The notes: generated by a model from the sequence alone, not told the origin. Positions 26,028 to 36,054 are shown, counted from the first letter of the stretch. The stretch: DNA of 46,555 nucleotides from a virus (IMGVR_UViG_3300037424_000750:1-46555), one strand, 5' to 3'. Numbers and translations are program-made.

Positions 26028-26278
26028 TAGTCGTTTCTCCATTATCACGAAATGTTACATTGGAGCCGCAGGCACTTTCGCAATCGACACGCGCGATCGG
26101 CGTGCGATTGATTCAATGTTCATCGTGTCAAGTTTTTGAGTTTCGGTTTTTTTGTTCAACAACGGCGCGGGTTTTGGAACGCGCATTCGTTCAAAACTAA
26201 AAATCACAAAAGTCGATTTGCTATAATGCTGTCACGGTCGGTTGAGGATCGGGCTGTTTGAAAATGTGGAGAATGATT

Positions 26279-26545
26279 ATGAAGCCGCTTTGGAAAAAGG
26301 GCGACGTGGTGACCATCTACCAACTGTCGATGGCCAAGGGCCTGATGGTCGAAGGCAAAGCCACTGTGCTTAAGTCTCTTGGCGGGGATGGCGGACACGA
26401 GCACTACATGGTTCGCTTCCACGGCAAGAACGGAAAGCCATCGCTCGGAGAAGAGTACGAGAGATTCATCGACCGCGATGGCCAGACCGGCGATCCGCAG
26501 GACTACATCAAGGTCTTCAACAAGAAGTGCGGCATTGCCGCTTAA
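26279..26545 (+). CDS. Hypothetical moron gene with own promoter and terminator
   Basis: TGcTATAAT upstream, GGAG RBS, terminator downstream. Confidence 0.65.
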   Translation: MKPLWKKGDVVTIYQLSMAKGLMVEGKATVLKSLGGDGGHEHYMVRFHGKNGKPSLGEEYERFIDRDGQTGDPQDYIKVFNKKCGIAA

Positions 26546-26552
26546 CACCAGC

Positions 26553-26581
26553 GCCGCTCCGGTTCGCCGGGGCGGCTTTTT
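26553..26581 (+). terminator. Rho-independent terminator
   Basis: GCCGCTCCGG-TTCG-CCGGGGCGGC-TTTTT. Confidence 0.85.
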
Positions 26582-26589
26582 CATTTCAT

Positions 26590-27054
26590 TCACGGCCCGA
26601 CGACAAAATTAAGCGCCGGTACCTTGATCTCGATCGGCCATTGCCGCGATGTCACGCCGCAATCTGGAAAACGGATAATGCCCTCGTACAGAACGGGGCC
26701 GGCCGGCAGCCCCTTGGGCACAGTGAATGCGGTATCCGACACCTGCCGGCCGAGATTGACCGGCACCCGCAAGGCGCGCTTTCTGTAGGCTCGAATGACT
26801 TGATCCTTACCGACGACCTGGCGCGACAATTCGCCCTCGCAATGCCGGCGCCAGTCGACGGTCCAGCGCACCGTGACGCGTGCGCCGCCGGCCGTGACGC
26901 GCGGCATGATCTCGCCTTCGCTGAATATGACGGGGGCCCGGCGATCATAGGAAATGGCCGTGACGCCGGCCACGCCGAGCATCAGCGTAGCGACCGCCGC
27001 ATAGGCGTGTTGGAGCCATATTGGTCTTTGTGCCACGGCAATCGATCTCATCAT
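26590..27054 (-). CDS. Membrane-anchored phage protein (lysis region)
   Basis: N-terminal TM segment, two Cys, ATGA-coupled. Confidence 0.6.
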   Translation of the reverse strand: MMRSIAVAQRPIWLQHAYAAVATLMLGVAGVTAISYDRRAPVIFSEGEIMPRVTAGGARVTVRWTVDWRRHCEGELSRQVVGKDQVIRAYRKRALRVPVNLGRQVSDTAFTVPKGLPAGPVLYEGIIRFPDCGVTSRQWPIEIKVPALNFVVGP

Positions 27055-27269
27055 GAACCATTTCCCGAAAAGGTGCGGAACAACGCATGTGCCGCCTTGG
27101 ATATGGTCTCCCACCCGATCCAGATCGTGCCGATTACGCCGCCGATCCAGCCGACCCACAGGCGCACCGTGCGCCAGAAAAACCGGGTATTGTCGTCATC
27201 ACGGATAATGCGCCGCAGGATTTTAAGTTCATTCTCGGACAAGGGGCCGGTCGGCAGATCGTTAGACAT
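27051..27269 (-). CDS. Small membrane protein (lysis region)
   Basis: One TM segment LWVGWIGGVIGTIWIGW. Confidence 0.6.
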   Translation of the reverse strand: MSNDLPTGPLSENELKILRRIIRDDDNTRFFWRTVRLWVGWIGGVIGTIWIGWETISKAAHALFRTFSGNGS

Positions 27270-27436
27270 GTCGGACCCCCCATAGCGAGCCGCCCAGGTT
27301 CGTGGTTCCATTGCTCTCAGCCATCATCGGCAGTCCTTTGCTGCTGGTGGTGGTGGGGTGTACTTTCGGGTACATCCTGGGGCGGCCCAACGTGACAGCG
27401 CTGGGTCGTCCCGCTCTTTATTGGTAATGTCGTCGA

Positions 27437-27742
27437 TCAGTCCGGTTCGCCATCTTCCTTCGGCGGCATGGCCCGCAGCTTTGCGAGTTCGCCTTGCGTC
27501 TCCGTTTCGGCTTCTGCGATATCGGCCTCGCTCGGCAACGGTGCGTCCTTCTTGAACGTGTCGGCCAGCTTGAGGGCCGCCGGCGCCGCGTCCTGCCCCA
27601 GCTCGATCAGTTCATTGATCAGACCGGCGGCCGATGACACATAGTTGTAGTACGGGATCAGGTTAACGCCGGGGACTTTGCCGGCGCTCTGAATGAATTC
27701 CAGGCTCGAAGTCACGATACCGAGCGCTTGTTTGGCGTCCAT
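27437..27742 (-). CDS. Hypothetical protein (lysis region)
   Basis: AAGGA RBS. Confidence 0.65.
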   Translation of the reverse strand: MDAKQALGIVTSSLEFIQSAGKVPGVNLIPYYNYVSSAAGLINELIELGQDAAPAALKLADTFKKDAPLPSEADIAEAETETQGELAKLRAMPPKEDGEPD

Positions 27743-27773
27743 GGTATTGGTTCCTTGTCAGTTCGGTGAAGTA

Positions 27774-28223
27774 TCAGTTTGCGGGAAGGGCGGGAATCTG
27801 ACCGCGGAATTCATTGACCGCCGCCCATGCATCGTCGATGAGACTAACCGCGCTGACCTTTGGATTGTCTCTGACGAAGTCCGACGCTCGCTTGATAAGG
27901 CGGTCGGCCTTTTCGCCTGTGGCGAGCAAAGATGTTCTCACCGACCTGCGGTTCTGGCAGATCGGGCTGGCGATTGGATCAGCCATGATCTGCGTATAAG
28001 GGCGGCGCCAGCAATATGAGGCCCAACGGTTTGCTGCCTTGACGGCGAGGTTAAGGCTTAATCTGGCTTGGTACGGATTCTGCGACGTGATGGGGTTGTC
28101 GATCTTCGCGGTAATCGACGGTCCACCCTGTAGGATGGACTTCGCGTTCGGGTCGGTCGTGATGCACCCCGACAGCACGAACGATGACGCCAAGGCGGCG
28201 GCAAGCATAATCTTGCGAAACAT
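27774..28223 (-). CDS. Lipoprotein (possible spanin-type lysis accessory)
   Basis: Lipobox LSGC after a signal peptide, downstream of the holin. Confidence 0.6.
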   Translation of the reverse strand: MFRKIMLAAALASSFVLSGCITTDPNAKSILQGGPSITAKIDNPITSQNPYQARLSLNLAVKAANRWASYCWRRPYTQIMADPIASPICQNRRSVRTSLLATGEKADRLIKRASDFVRDNPKVSAVSLIDDAWAAVNEFRGQIPALPAN

Positions 28224-28273
28224 ATTTCACCTTTGATGTTTGGGGTTTATCGCTGCTCGCTAGCGGCGAGCGG

Positions 28274-28651
28274 TCAATTAGCCGGCGGGTGACGGTTCGG
28301 TCTTGGTAACAGTTGAATCGTCTTGGTAACAGTTGAATCGTCCGTGGTGGTCGTGGTGGTGGAGACGGGCGCGGCCGGCGGTGGAACGGGCGGTACAGGC
28401 TCGGTCGCAATCTTGGTCAGCGCATCGTCCTTGTCTTTCGATCCTTTCGATGAACCGAAGAAGAAGGCGTAAACGTCCTTCATGCAGGCGATCAGCACGC
28501 CGACGATCGTCATCAGAACGCCGGACGTGCGTTCGTCGATCTGCGGCGGCGCTGTCAGCAGGATAAGAACGACGGTTGCGATCAGCACCATGATCGCGAT
28601 GGCAAGGAAGCCCTGCGTGTCGGGCATCCAAAATGGTTTTGGTTTTTCCAT
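28274..28651 (-). CDS. Putative holin
   Basis: Two TM helices, FFFGSSKGSKDKD motif, follows the endolysin. Confidence 0.7.
   Translation of the reverse strand: MEKPKPFWMPDTQGFLAIAIMVLIATVVLILLTAPPQIDERTSGVLMTIVGVLIACMKDVYAFFFGSSKGSKDKDDALTKIATEPVPPVPPPAAPVSTTTTTTDDSTVTKTIQLLPRPNRHPPAN
28301..28340. repeat. Perfect 20-bp tandem duplication in the holin 3' end
   Basis: TCTTGGTAACAGTTGAATCG twice. Confidence 0.95.
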
Positions 28652-28702
28652 CGGGCACCTAAGCGGTATTTGATTTACCCGGCATCCGGCCGGGCGCGGG
28701 AA

Positions 28703-29494
28703 TTAAGCCGCGTTTTCTGTGAGCGGCTTTATCGCCGCCAGCGCGGCATCGAGCAGCGGGCGCGTCTTTTTGCCGACCACGCCGTCATCGTCGAGATGTG
28801 CTGATCGTTGAAATGCCTTGACCGTCTTCGGACCAAGATCGCCGTCGACCGCCCCATCATAGAAACCCGGCGGCCCGATCAGAGAGGCCTGCAGCGCGCG
28901 CACGCGGGCGAACTTGTCGGGATTGATGGCGCGGCCCGGTGCCGGCACGATGGATGGCCCGCCGATCATCGGAATATCGCTGGCAATCGACTCGGCAAAG
29001 GCGCGGACTTCGGCAACACGCCGGCCCCAGCCTTTGCCGAACACCGGCCAAGTCTTGAGCGCATGCAGAAACCGCAACCGCTCGCTGCACAGATCGTCGA
29101 CCAGATCGGCCGCCTTCCTGGCATTCGCCGCCGCGACGACGGCCGGCGTGATCTGCGATGTATTGTCTGGCAAGCCGAGGATACGGCGAAGCACCCGGCC
29201 CGAGCGGCCGATGCCTGAGTTTACGCCGTAGTCGAAAATGCAATAATCGACGCCGGGCTCGAGATCGTCGCAAAGCTGGGAGTCCCAATACTTCGCCCGA
29301 TAGATTGACTTGGCCTCTTCGACACGCATGGCCTTGATATCGGCCGCCGTCGCGCCCGGCTTCACGTATTTACGATAGTCGAAGATAGTGATGCCGAAAT
29401 TGGTCGGTCCGCCGGGATCGGACGGATGGTTCGTATATCTGCCTTCGTGTTGAAAAAGCCGAGTCAGAGCGGCATCATAGGTAGACTTTGACAT
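28703..29494 (-). CDS. Endolysin, glycoside hydrolase family 108 with peptidoglycan-binding domain
   Basis: HEGRYTNHPSDPGGPTNFGIT, FGKGWGRRV, DGDLGPKT...FQ...DGVVGKKT. Confidence 0.92.
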   Translation of the reverse strand: MSKSTYDAALTRLFQHEGRYTNHPSDPGGPTNFGITIFDYRKYVKPGATAADIKAMRVEEAKSIYRAKYWDSQLCDDLEPGVDYCIFDYGVNSGIGRSGRVLRRILGLPDNTSQITPAVVAAANARKAADLVDDLCSERLRFLHALKTWPVFGKGWGRRVAEVRAFAESIASDIPMIGGPSIVPAPGRAINPDKFARVRALQASLIGPPGFYDGAVDGDLGPKTVKAFQRSAHLDDDGVVGKKTRPLLDAALAAIKPLTENAA

Positions 29495-29597
29495 GGACTT
29501 ATTCTCCTTTCACGCCGACAGGCGCGCTCGCCACAAGGGCTGCGATGGTCATGGATTTCTATCTTTTGCTTAGGTGATCAGACGGCGTGGTGTGCCG

Positions 29598-31328
29598 TCA
29601 GTTAACCGCCGCCTCGGCAGCAATAGCGGGATCGTCCAGAGCCTCGCCCCACAACTTCACGTCTCGCAACCACCCGTCTAGCAGTCCTGCGGGACCGTTA
29701 CCGATTATCAGCGGTTCGCCGTTCGATATGTCGAGCGGTTGCGTGAAGGAGCGCGATTGCGACAATTCACCATTGATGAAAAGGTCGAGCGCAGTGCCCG
29801 AACGGCGCAACGTCACGGTATTCCAGCCCAAGCCAATGTCACGATCATAAGAGAGAGCATGACCGGCCTCGAAACTATAAACCTTGCCACGGCAGTCGGC
29901 CGAATTATACCCGGCGTTTCCGGTCAAACTTCCAACGGTCGCAAATAGTTTTCCGCCGAATGTCGAAAGAGAAGTCAACCGAGTTCTATCCGGCGTGTTT
30001 ACGAAAGATGGCGCGAGTCCGCTTGTGCTGTTCGGCACAAACCCAAAGGCCGCGTCACGAAAGCGCACCATCCGAGTCCATCCAGCGGCGTCAAGGCGCG
30101 CCACATCACCATAAGGCAGCGCCCCGGCGTAATACTTACCATTGTATTCGCAGACGGAATTAATCTCGGTCGCGTCCGGCACGCCACCAAAATCTGCGTA
30201 ACTCGATGGAATTGACGGGTCGTTATAACCACCAACCTTACCGGATGGCCACACGCCGACGACCGCCTTCCCATCGTAAGCATCGGTGACATGTGACTGA
30301 TTGTTTATATCTGTCGAGCCGTAAGGGTTTCCGATGTTCATAAAGAAATCTTGGCCGCTCGTTCCGGTCATACGGAATACCGCGCCGGTTGGCGATGAGC
30401 CTATAAGGAGTTTTCCTTGCGCGCGCCCCATTCCGAGAAAGAGATGCCCCGAATTGGCGATCAGTTCCCATTGATCATTTGCACCGAGGGAATAGATTGC
30501 GCTTGTCGAATAATCTGGCTTGTGAAATATCGCCAGTAGTTTTCCGTTATACGTCCCCATCGCAATGATGCGCTTACAGTTGGCGACAGGCGACCCAAGA
30601 TTCGTCCACTGACCGTTGCTCTCGCGGCGGAAAACAGCGGCGTTCGCCAACGTCACGCTTTGCGAATACAGATACCAATTATAGGTTGACGTGGCGGCGT
30701 AAAGACTCCCGCCATGCGACACGACCGTTAAAATGCATTGCTCAATCGCTGTGCCAAGTGTGCCTACGTTTTCCCAAGATTGCCCTCCTTTATACCGATA
30801 GATAGCGGCATGGTCCGACGCGGAAGCTGCGGCCCCGACGAATAGATCGCCATCGTGTCCACATGCTGCGTTGCTATAGAGGGAGATGGGGCCGGGGCGC
30901 CCGCAATCTTGCCAACTGCCTGCCGCCGCCGAATCGATACCAGCAAAAACTTTAGCATCCGACCCTTGACCGCAATATCCAGGCGAAGAACTAAACAAAT
31001 TTACGTTGATGCCTTTGCGCGATGCCTTGTCAAATTTTGAGAATATCGATCCCAATTCCCGCAAGGTACTGGGCGCGCGTTTTACCTTAGCTGAAATGGT
31101 AAACGGTCCTGTTCCGATATTAAGCGCCGAGCTATGCGGTACAGTGAGGACGCGCGCTGCTGACCCTGTGTCGCCGGCAATTTGCCCATGAATGTTGTTG
31201 CCGCTAATGTCATGGCCGGAAAAACCAGCAAGCCAATGTCCGATCATGTGATTGCCGCCTCGTGCTTGAGTTATCCCAACGACCGCAAATGCTGCGGCGG
31301 TGGAGATCATGGCGCGGCGAGAAATCAT
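29598..31328 (-). CDS. Tat-signal protein: split LamG/concanavalin-like domain with inserted beta-propeller-like repeats
   Basis: SRRAMI signal, N-terminal FTISAKVK...IFSK, C-terminal WNTVTL...LFING...LIIG...LRDVKLW..AL, and repeated W..LG / YNGK.Y blades. Confidence 0.65.
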   Translation of the reverse strand: MISRRAMISTAAAFAVVGITQARGGNHMIGHWLAGFSGHDISGNNIHGQIAGDTGSAARVLTVPHSSALNIGTGPFTISAKVKRAPSTLRELGSIFSKFDKASRKGINVNLFSSSPGYCGQGSDAKVFAGIDSAAAGSWQDCGRPGPISLYSNAACGHDGDLFVGAAASASDHAAIYRYKGGQSWENVGTLGTAIEQCILTVVSHGGSLYAATSTYNWYLYSQSVTLANAAVFRRESNGQWTNLGSPVANCKRIIAMGTYNGKLLAIFHKPDYSTSAIYSLGANDQWELIANSGHLFLGMGRAQGKLLIGSSPTGAVFRMTGTSGQDFFMNIGNPYGSTDINNQSHVTDAYDGKAVVGVWPSGKVGGYNDPSIPSSYADFGGVPDATEINSVCEYNGKYYAGALPYGDVARLDAAGWTRMVRFRDAAFGFVPNSTSGLAPSFVNTPDRTRLTSLSTFGGKLFATVGSLTGNAGYNSADCRGKVYSFEAGHALSYDRDIGLGWNTVTLRRSGTALDLFINGELSQSRSFTQPLDISNGEPLIIGNGPAGLLDGWLRDVKLWGEALDDPAIAAEAAVN

Positions 31329-31334
31329 GCCGCA

Positions 31335-31363
31335 ATTATGCTATAGTGACTGTTTTCTGTCTA
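31335..31363 (-). promoter_or_regulatory. Leaderless promoter for the LamG/propeller gene
   Basis: TAGACA-N17-CATAAT-N6-ATG. Confidence 0.55.
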
Positions 31364-32458
31364 CAGATACAAACCGCCGTTTGTTACGCCGCCGGCGGCA
31401 TTTCCTGGCAGATATGTTGCGCCACCGGCACCTGTCGATATGACAGAGTTACCGTCCGATGAATAACGAACGCCTGTTGCAGAGCCGGAAAAAGTATTTG
31501 TATCAACTCGCAGAATGCCGACAGTAGTAGCGAGCGCAAATGCAGCCGAAAACGCTGGCGTTCCGGTGATCGTGATGGTTTTACCAAAGCAAATAATTTG
31601 ACCAGTGCCGACCGAATTCCAGTGCCGACCGCTGCCCCCTGTAATGGCATAATTTCCGGTGGCCGTCATTACCGCCCCATCGTCAGAGCGTATATGCCCT
31701 GTGGCGGCGGCCCCGAAATCTGTATTCTGCCAAAATACATTTGCTCCGGTTTTCGCTCTGAGCGAATAACCAGAAGTGGCGGTTGTAATTTTAAGGTCTT
31801 TGACAGTCAATCTTGCGTTGCTCTGTGCAACAATCGCATCCGCAGAGGTCACACTTAACAGCACATTGGCCGGCGTGCCGCTGTTGCCTTGGATGACGAT
31901 TGATCCAGACCCGACAGGCGGACCTGTAAATGTCGTTCCTGCCGTATAAGTGCCGTCACCGATTTGAACCGTGACGGTATAAATTGCAATGTCGAGAGAC
32001 TCGACGACTTGTCGCGCTTTATCGAGCGTGAGAAAAGCGCCCCCCGATGAATTTACCAGGCCGGTATTGCTATCGCTGCCATCGGTGCGGACATAATAGG
32101 TGCGGTCGGCAGAAAGTTTTTCACGATTGACGCCGGCGGCATCGAAAAGCCGCTGGGCGCGCTTCGCAGACAGTTCAAGAATAATATCTTTTGTGCCAGC
32201 ACCGAAGGTTACCGCCGACCCGCCTGCGGAACTTTCCCAAATCGAATTGACACTTATTGTCCCGGCGCCGGAATTGTAGGTGCCCTCAAACGAAACCCAA
32301 TCATCACCCATGCGAATGCGGAAGTCGCTGATATCCCCATCGCTTAGAGCCGAACTAACGGTCTTGTATGTCGTGTCGACCGCGCCGGCCAAGGTAAACG
32401 GCCCCGAGCCTGTCGACACCGAACTCTCGCGGATGCGCGTGGCGTATTTGAAAGCCAT
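31361..32458 (-). CDS. Tail fibre/spike (receptor-binding candidate)
   Basis: N-terminal RIRESSVSTGSG.FTLAGA anchor, YYVRTDGSDSNTG and a Gly/Thr-rich beta-helix-like body. Last tail gene. Confidence 0.7.
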   Translation of the reverse strand: MAFKYATRIRESSVSTGSGPFTLAGAVDTTYKTVSSALSDGDISDFRIRMGDDWVSFEGTYNSGAGTISVNSIWESSAGGSAVTFGAGTKDIILELSAKRAQRLFDAAGVNREKLSADRTYYVRTDGSDSNTGLVNSSGGAFLTLDKARQVVESLDIAIYTVTVQIGDGTYTAGTTFTGPPVGSGSIVIQGNSGTPANVLLSVTSADAIVAQSNARLTVKDLKITTATSGYSLRAKTGANVFWQNTDFGAAATGHIRSDDGAVMTATGNYAITGGSGRHWNSVGTGQIICFGKTITITGTPAFSAAFALATTVGILRVDTNTFSGSATGVRYSSDGNSVISTGAGGATYLPGNAAGGVTNGGLYL

Positions 32459-33225
32459 CAGAGCCTCTCTTTAATTTTGTACGACTTGGAAAAACGGTCG
32501 AAGTACGGTTGCACGATCGGCGTCGTTGTCTGGATCAGACCCCAAACCGAATCCCGCGCCAGATTGGTGCTGTCGGTATCGGCGACGAAGAGCACGTCAT
32601 CTTTGAGCGCGTTGGCGCGCTCGATCTCTTCGATGAACCCGTAGCGTTCCGAGACCGACAAATTTTCGAAGGCCACATCGAACACGCGGTAAAGGTTGTC
32701 GCGCCAAACCTGTGTTTGTCCGCCACGCGTATCTTTTGTAACTGATCGGTCGACAGTCGTGATCGACCACCCGTAGCTGAAGTTGATCTCGAATTGACTT
32801 CGGAGCCCGACAAACACCCTGCCCGCCTCCACATAATCCGCGTCGGCATCCGCAAGACTGAAAAGGATATAGCGCCCGCTGACCGGTGTGGTGAGCAACG
32901 CAATAGTTTGATTATAATCGGCATCGACAAGATCGACACCACTATCGAACAATCCACCCGCAACGCCGGTCGAGTCCGTCGCCGATATCCTGATGCGCAG
33001 TGTCCCGGACGCGCTCATTGTGGTGCCGATCAGTGCGACCGTATCGATCGACGTTAGCGCGCCGAGATCGACAACGAACGATCCAAGACCCGCTTCCGTG
33101 CTGCGCCAACGCCTGGATACGTCGGGATGCTGCAGGTTGGTGACAGGCGCCAATAGTTCTTGGCTCGATGCCAACAAAGTTGCCGTGTCAGCCAGATTGC
33201 GATAGGCGATGCAGGCGATGCCCAT
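32458..33225 (-). CDS. Minor tail protein
   Basis: Position and coupling in the tail operon. Confidence 0.7.
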   Translation of the reverse strand: MGIACIAYRNLADTATLLASSQELLAPVTNLQHPDVSRRWRSTEAGLGSFVVDLGALTSIDTVALIGTTMSASGTLRIRISATDSTGVAGGLFDSGVDLVDADYNQTIALLTTPVSGRYILFSLADADADYVEAGRVFVGLRSQFEINFSYGWSITTVDRSVTKDTRGGQTQVWRDNLYRVFDVAFENLSVSERYGFIEEIERANALKDDVLFVADTDSTNLARDSVWGLIQTTTPIVQPYFDRFSKSYKIKERL

Positions 33226-34790
33226 CAGCCGAATCCCACGATCTCGACGGAATTTTCCGCGCCGTCTTCATTGATTTCGACGAGGCGTAACGCGCGGCCG
33301 ACCGTCAAATCCCATCGCGGAAAGGTCACGTTGATATTCTCCCCGAGATTGAGGTTGAACGAACGCCAGTTGAGTTTGATGCGGTACAGGCCGCGTGAGG
33401 CTCGATACAGGTTGAGCCGCCGCGTTGCTTCGGCTTGCGCATCGGCAAGATTGACGAAATAGGCCTCAATTGGATCGGCATCGAGCGCGAATGGATGATC
33501 GGCCCGAATGGCTGTGCTCGATGCTTCGGCAAAACGATATTGTTCGGCAGCGAATGCCTTGCGGTCTGCCGAGACAGAACCCGCGAGATCGGTCTGCTGC
33601 GTCTCGTTTCGCTGATAGCCAATGCGAAACCGATACGGCGGCGGGCTGATGCCGGACGGCAATGGCTCGCGCTTTATTTCCGCAATATCGTCAACGGTGA
33701 AGCGCGACGATGGCGGTGAAGTCGGCGCTAGGACAATGCCGACTTCGAATTTTCCGTTACGCCGGAAGCCTGCCCATCCGCCGACGCCGGCCATGATGTT
33801 GGCAACCGCATCATCGACGCCCTGCCCGTCGTCTGTTCCCGACCAGTATCCGATTGGCGCCGGTTGCGCGGTATTTACCGCAGCGAAGGCCGGCAGATAT
33901 ATTTCGTCAGTATCTTCGATATCGGTGCTGCGGTTGACGATACGCCGCACGATATCGGCGGATGTTTCGACATAGCCGCCGTCAGCATCGCCATGCAGGT
34001 CAGCCGTGACGGTTCCGGCTGGAGTTGATCCCAATTTGATAAAACCGAACGCCAGACAGGTCGCGTAATAACCCGCCGCGACGGTAGCGGCAGAAAGATC
34101 GGCATAGGTCGCATAGTCGGCAGAGAATGTCAGTGCGGTCCCGCGATCATAAACCGAATCGGCGCTTTCGATCTCCCCATCGTGTACCTGATAGATCAGC
34201 AGGTTTGGCACGACGAGCGGCGGCGTTACGTTGAACACCTGACCGAACGCGAGCGGCTTGCGCTTGCCGGCGAGATCGGCGCCGCCGTCGGCCCCGCCCG
34301 TTCCGCCATAGAGATTCTGCTGCAACGGAACATTCAGCCGATATCCGAAGTCACGAATAGTGATCGTCAGACTGTCTTCGTCGATCAACCAATCCGCCGC
34401 CGTGCCGACGAATATCGGGAAGTCTGTTGCGTAATTATCCTCGATGCGCCCGATCTTGAGTGTGATGCGCCGGCCGTCGATTGAGTAGGTTCCGATCAGA
34501 AAGTCATATCGCCCGTCACGGTTGTCGAGCGACATGGTGCCGTCGCCGGTCGAGAATACGCCGATCGCACTGTCACCAAGAAGAGAGCGCCGAAAGCTGA
34601 TCGGCTGTGCCAACGTGCCATGAAACGGCGTGCTGGCCGGCGTATCATCCGGCGCAGTCAGTAGCGCCGCGCTCGCCGCATAGATCGTGAAGCGGAAATC
34701 GGCGCGCAGATTTGCCGTTGCTGTCATTCTCACGGCAGGATCAGGAAGCCCTCCGAACGGAGCATCGCCGAAGGCGTAATGACCGAACAT
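33225..34790 (-). CDS. Tail tip/hub protein
   Basis: GKRKPLAFGQVFNVTP...YQVHDG motif and position. Confidence 0.7.
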   Translation of the reverse strand: MFGHYAFGDAPFGGLPDPAVRMTATANLRADFRFTIYAASAALLTAPDDTPASTPFHGTLAQPISFRRSLLGDSAIGVFSTGDGTMSLDNRDGRYDFLIGTYSIDGRRITLKIGRIEDNYATDFPIFVGTAADWLIDEDSLTITIRDFGYRLNVPLQQNLYGGTGGADGGADLAGKRKPLAFGQVFNVTPPLVVPNLLIYQVHDGEIESADSVYDRGTALTFSADYATYADLSAATVAAGYYATCLAFGFIKLGSTPAGTVTADLHGDADGGYVETSADIVRRIVNRSTDIEDTDEIYLPAFAAVNTAQPAPIGYWSGTDDGQGVDDAVANIMAGVGGWAGFRRNGKFEVGIVLAPTSPPSSRFTVDDIAEIKREPLPSGISPPPYRFRIGYQRNETQQTDLAGSVSADRKAFAAEQYRFAEASSTAIRADHPFALDADPIEAYFVNLADAQAEATRRLNLYRASRGLYRIKLNWRSFNLNLGENINVTFPRWDLTVGRALRLVEINEDGAENSVEIVGFG

Positions 34791-36043
34791 CAGATATCCG
34801 CCCGGTCAGAGTTACGTCCTGGGTGAATTTCGACCTTGTAGACAAGCCGGGCATTCGGATCGCGCAGCATGTCGGTGAAGGACGAACTAGCGACCGCGTT
34901 GATAATCGCAACACCCGTGAGCGTCGAGACACCTTCCTCAAGCGCAACCGGCCATTCCGACCAGTTAAGAAATTGTTGCTTCGCGGTGAGCAGCCGCGGG
35001 GCAAATCGCGTCGGCGTGGAGAACGGTTGATGGAAGCGGTCTTCACTGACCGTTTCCGCGAACGGCGCGAACTGCACCAAAGCATCGAAGCGCTGATGCG
35101 CTGTGAGCGCAGCGCGCGGGAAACGAACCGGTTCGTTGAACCGCTGATGAAAGCGGTCTTCACTGACCGTTTCCGCGAACGGCGCGAACTGCACCAACAC
35201 ATCGAAGCGCTGATGCGCTGTGAGCGCAGCGCGCGGGAAGCGAGCCGGCTCATTGAACCGCTGATGGAAGCGGTCTTCACTGACCGTTTCCGCGAACGGC
35301 GCGAACTGCACCAAAGCATCGAAGCGCTGATGCGCCGTGAGCGCAGCGCGCGGGAAAACCGTAGGCGTCGAGAATGGCGGCTGCCACTTCTCGGCAGAAA
35401 CAAGCGGCCATGCAACCCACGCGGAAAACTGCTGGGCATGGGTAGGAATGCGCGGCGCAAAACGTACCGGTTCGTTGAACCGCTGATGGAAGCGATCTTC
35501 ACTGACCGTCTCGGGGAACGGCGAGGACTTAACGAGCGCATCGAAGCGCTGATGCGCCGTGAGCGCTGCACGCGGGAAGCGTACCGGTTCGTTGAACCGC
35601 TGATGAAAGCGATCCTCTGAAACGGTCTCAGGGAACGGATCGGACTGAACAAGCGCCGCGAACTGTTGCCCGTGCGTCGGCAGACGCGACGGGAAGATTG
35701 TCGGCGTCGAGAACGGCGGTTGCCAGCGCTCAGCGCTATCGAGCGGCCACGCGGTCCATGCGGAGAATTGCTGTGCATGGGTCGGCAGACGCGGCGCGAA
35801 GCGTACCGGCTCCGAGAATTGTCTTGTAAACCTGTCGGCGCTGACATTCTCGGGTTGTGTCAGAACGCCAGGATCGGTGACGAACGCCGACCATGCGATC
35901 AGTGCGATGGCCGCCTTCGGCGCTAATCGATAGCGTGTCGGTTCACTGAACCGCTGATGCCAACTATCTTCAAAGACCGGTGTTGCGGCAACAGACTCCG
36001 CATCACCGAACGCGAATTCACCGAATGAGCCGAAGCCGAACAT
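34790..36043 (-). CDS. Tail-associated protein with about nine 35-39 aa repeats
   Basis: Units such as VSEDRFHQRFNEPVRFPRAALTAHQRFDALVQFAPFAET, with a 117-bp DNA period. Confidence 0.8.
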   Translation of the reverse strand: MFGFGSFGEFAFGDAESVAATPVFEDSWHQRFSEPTRYRLAPKAAIALIAWSAFVTDPGVLTQPENVSADRFTRQFSEPVRFAPRLPTHAQQFSAWTAWPLDSAERWQPPFSTPTIFPSRLPTHGQQFAALVQSDPFPETVSEDRFHQRFNEPVRFPRAALTAHQRFDALVKSSPFPETVSEDRFHQRFNEPVRFAPRIPTHAQQFSAWVAWPLVSAEKWQPPFSTPTVFPRAALTAHQRFDALVQFAPFAETVSEDRFHQRFNEPARFPRAALTAHQRFDVLVQFAPFAETVSEDRFHQRFNEPVRFPRAALTAHQRFDALVQFAPFAETVSEDRFHQPFSTPTRFAPRLLTAKQQFLNWSEWPVALEEGVSTLTGVAIINAVASSSFTDMLRDPNARLVYKVEIHPGRNSDRADI

Positions 36044-36054
36044 GCGGGCTTAAT

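Noticed and set aside
34712-35847. Repeat region as a CRISPR array or DGR template/variable repeat
   Set aside because: Repeats are contiguous, in-frame and coding, with no unique spacers. No cas or reverse transcriptase gene is in the window, and no adenine-specific mismatch pattern was seen.
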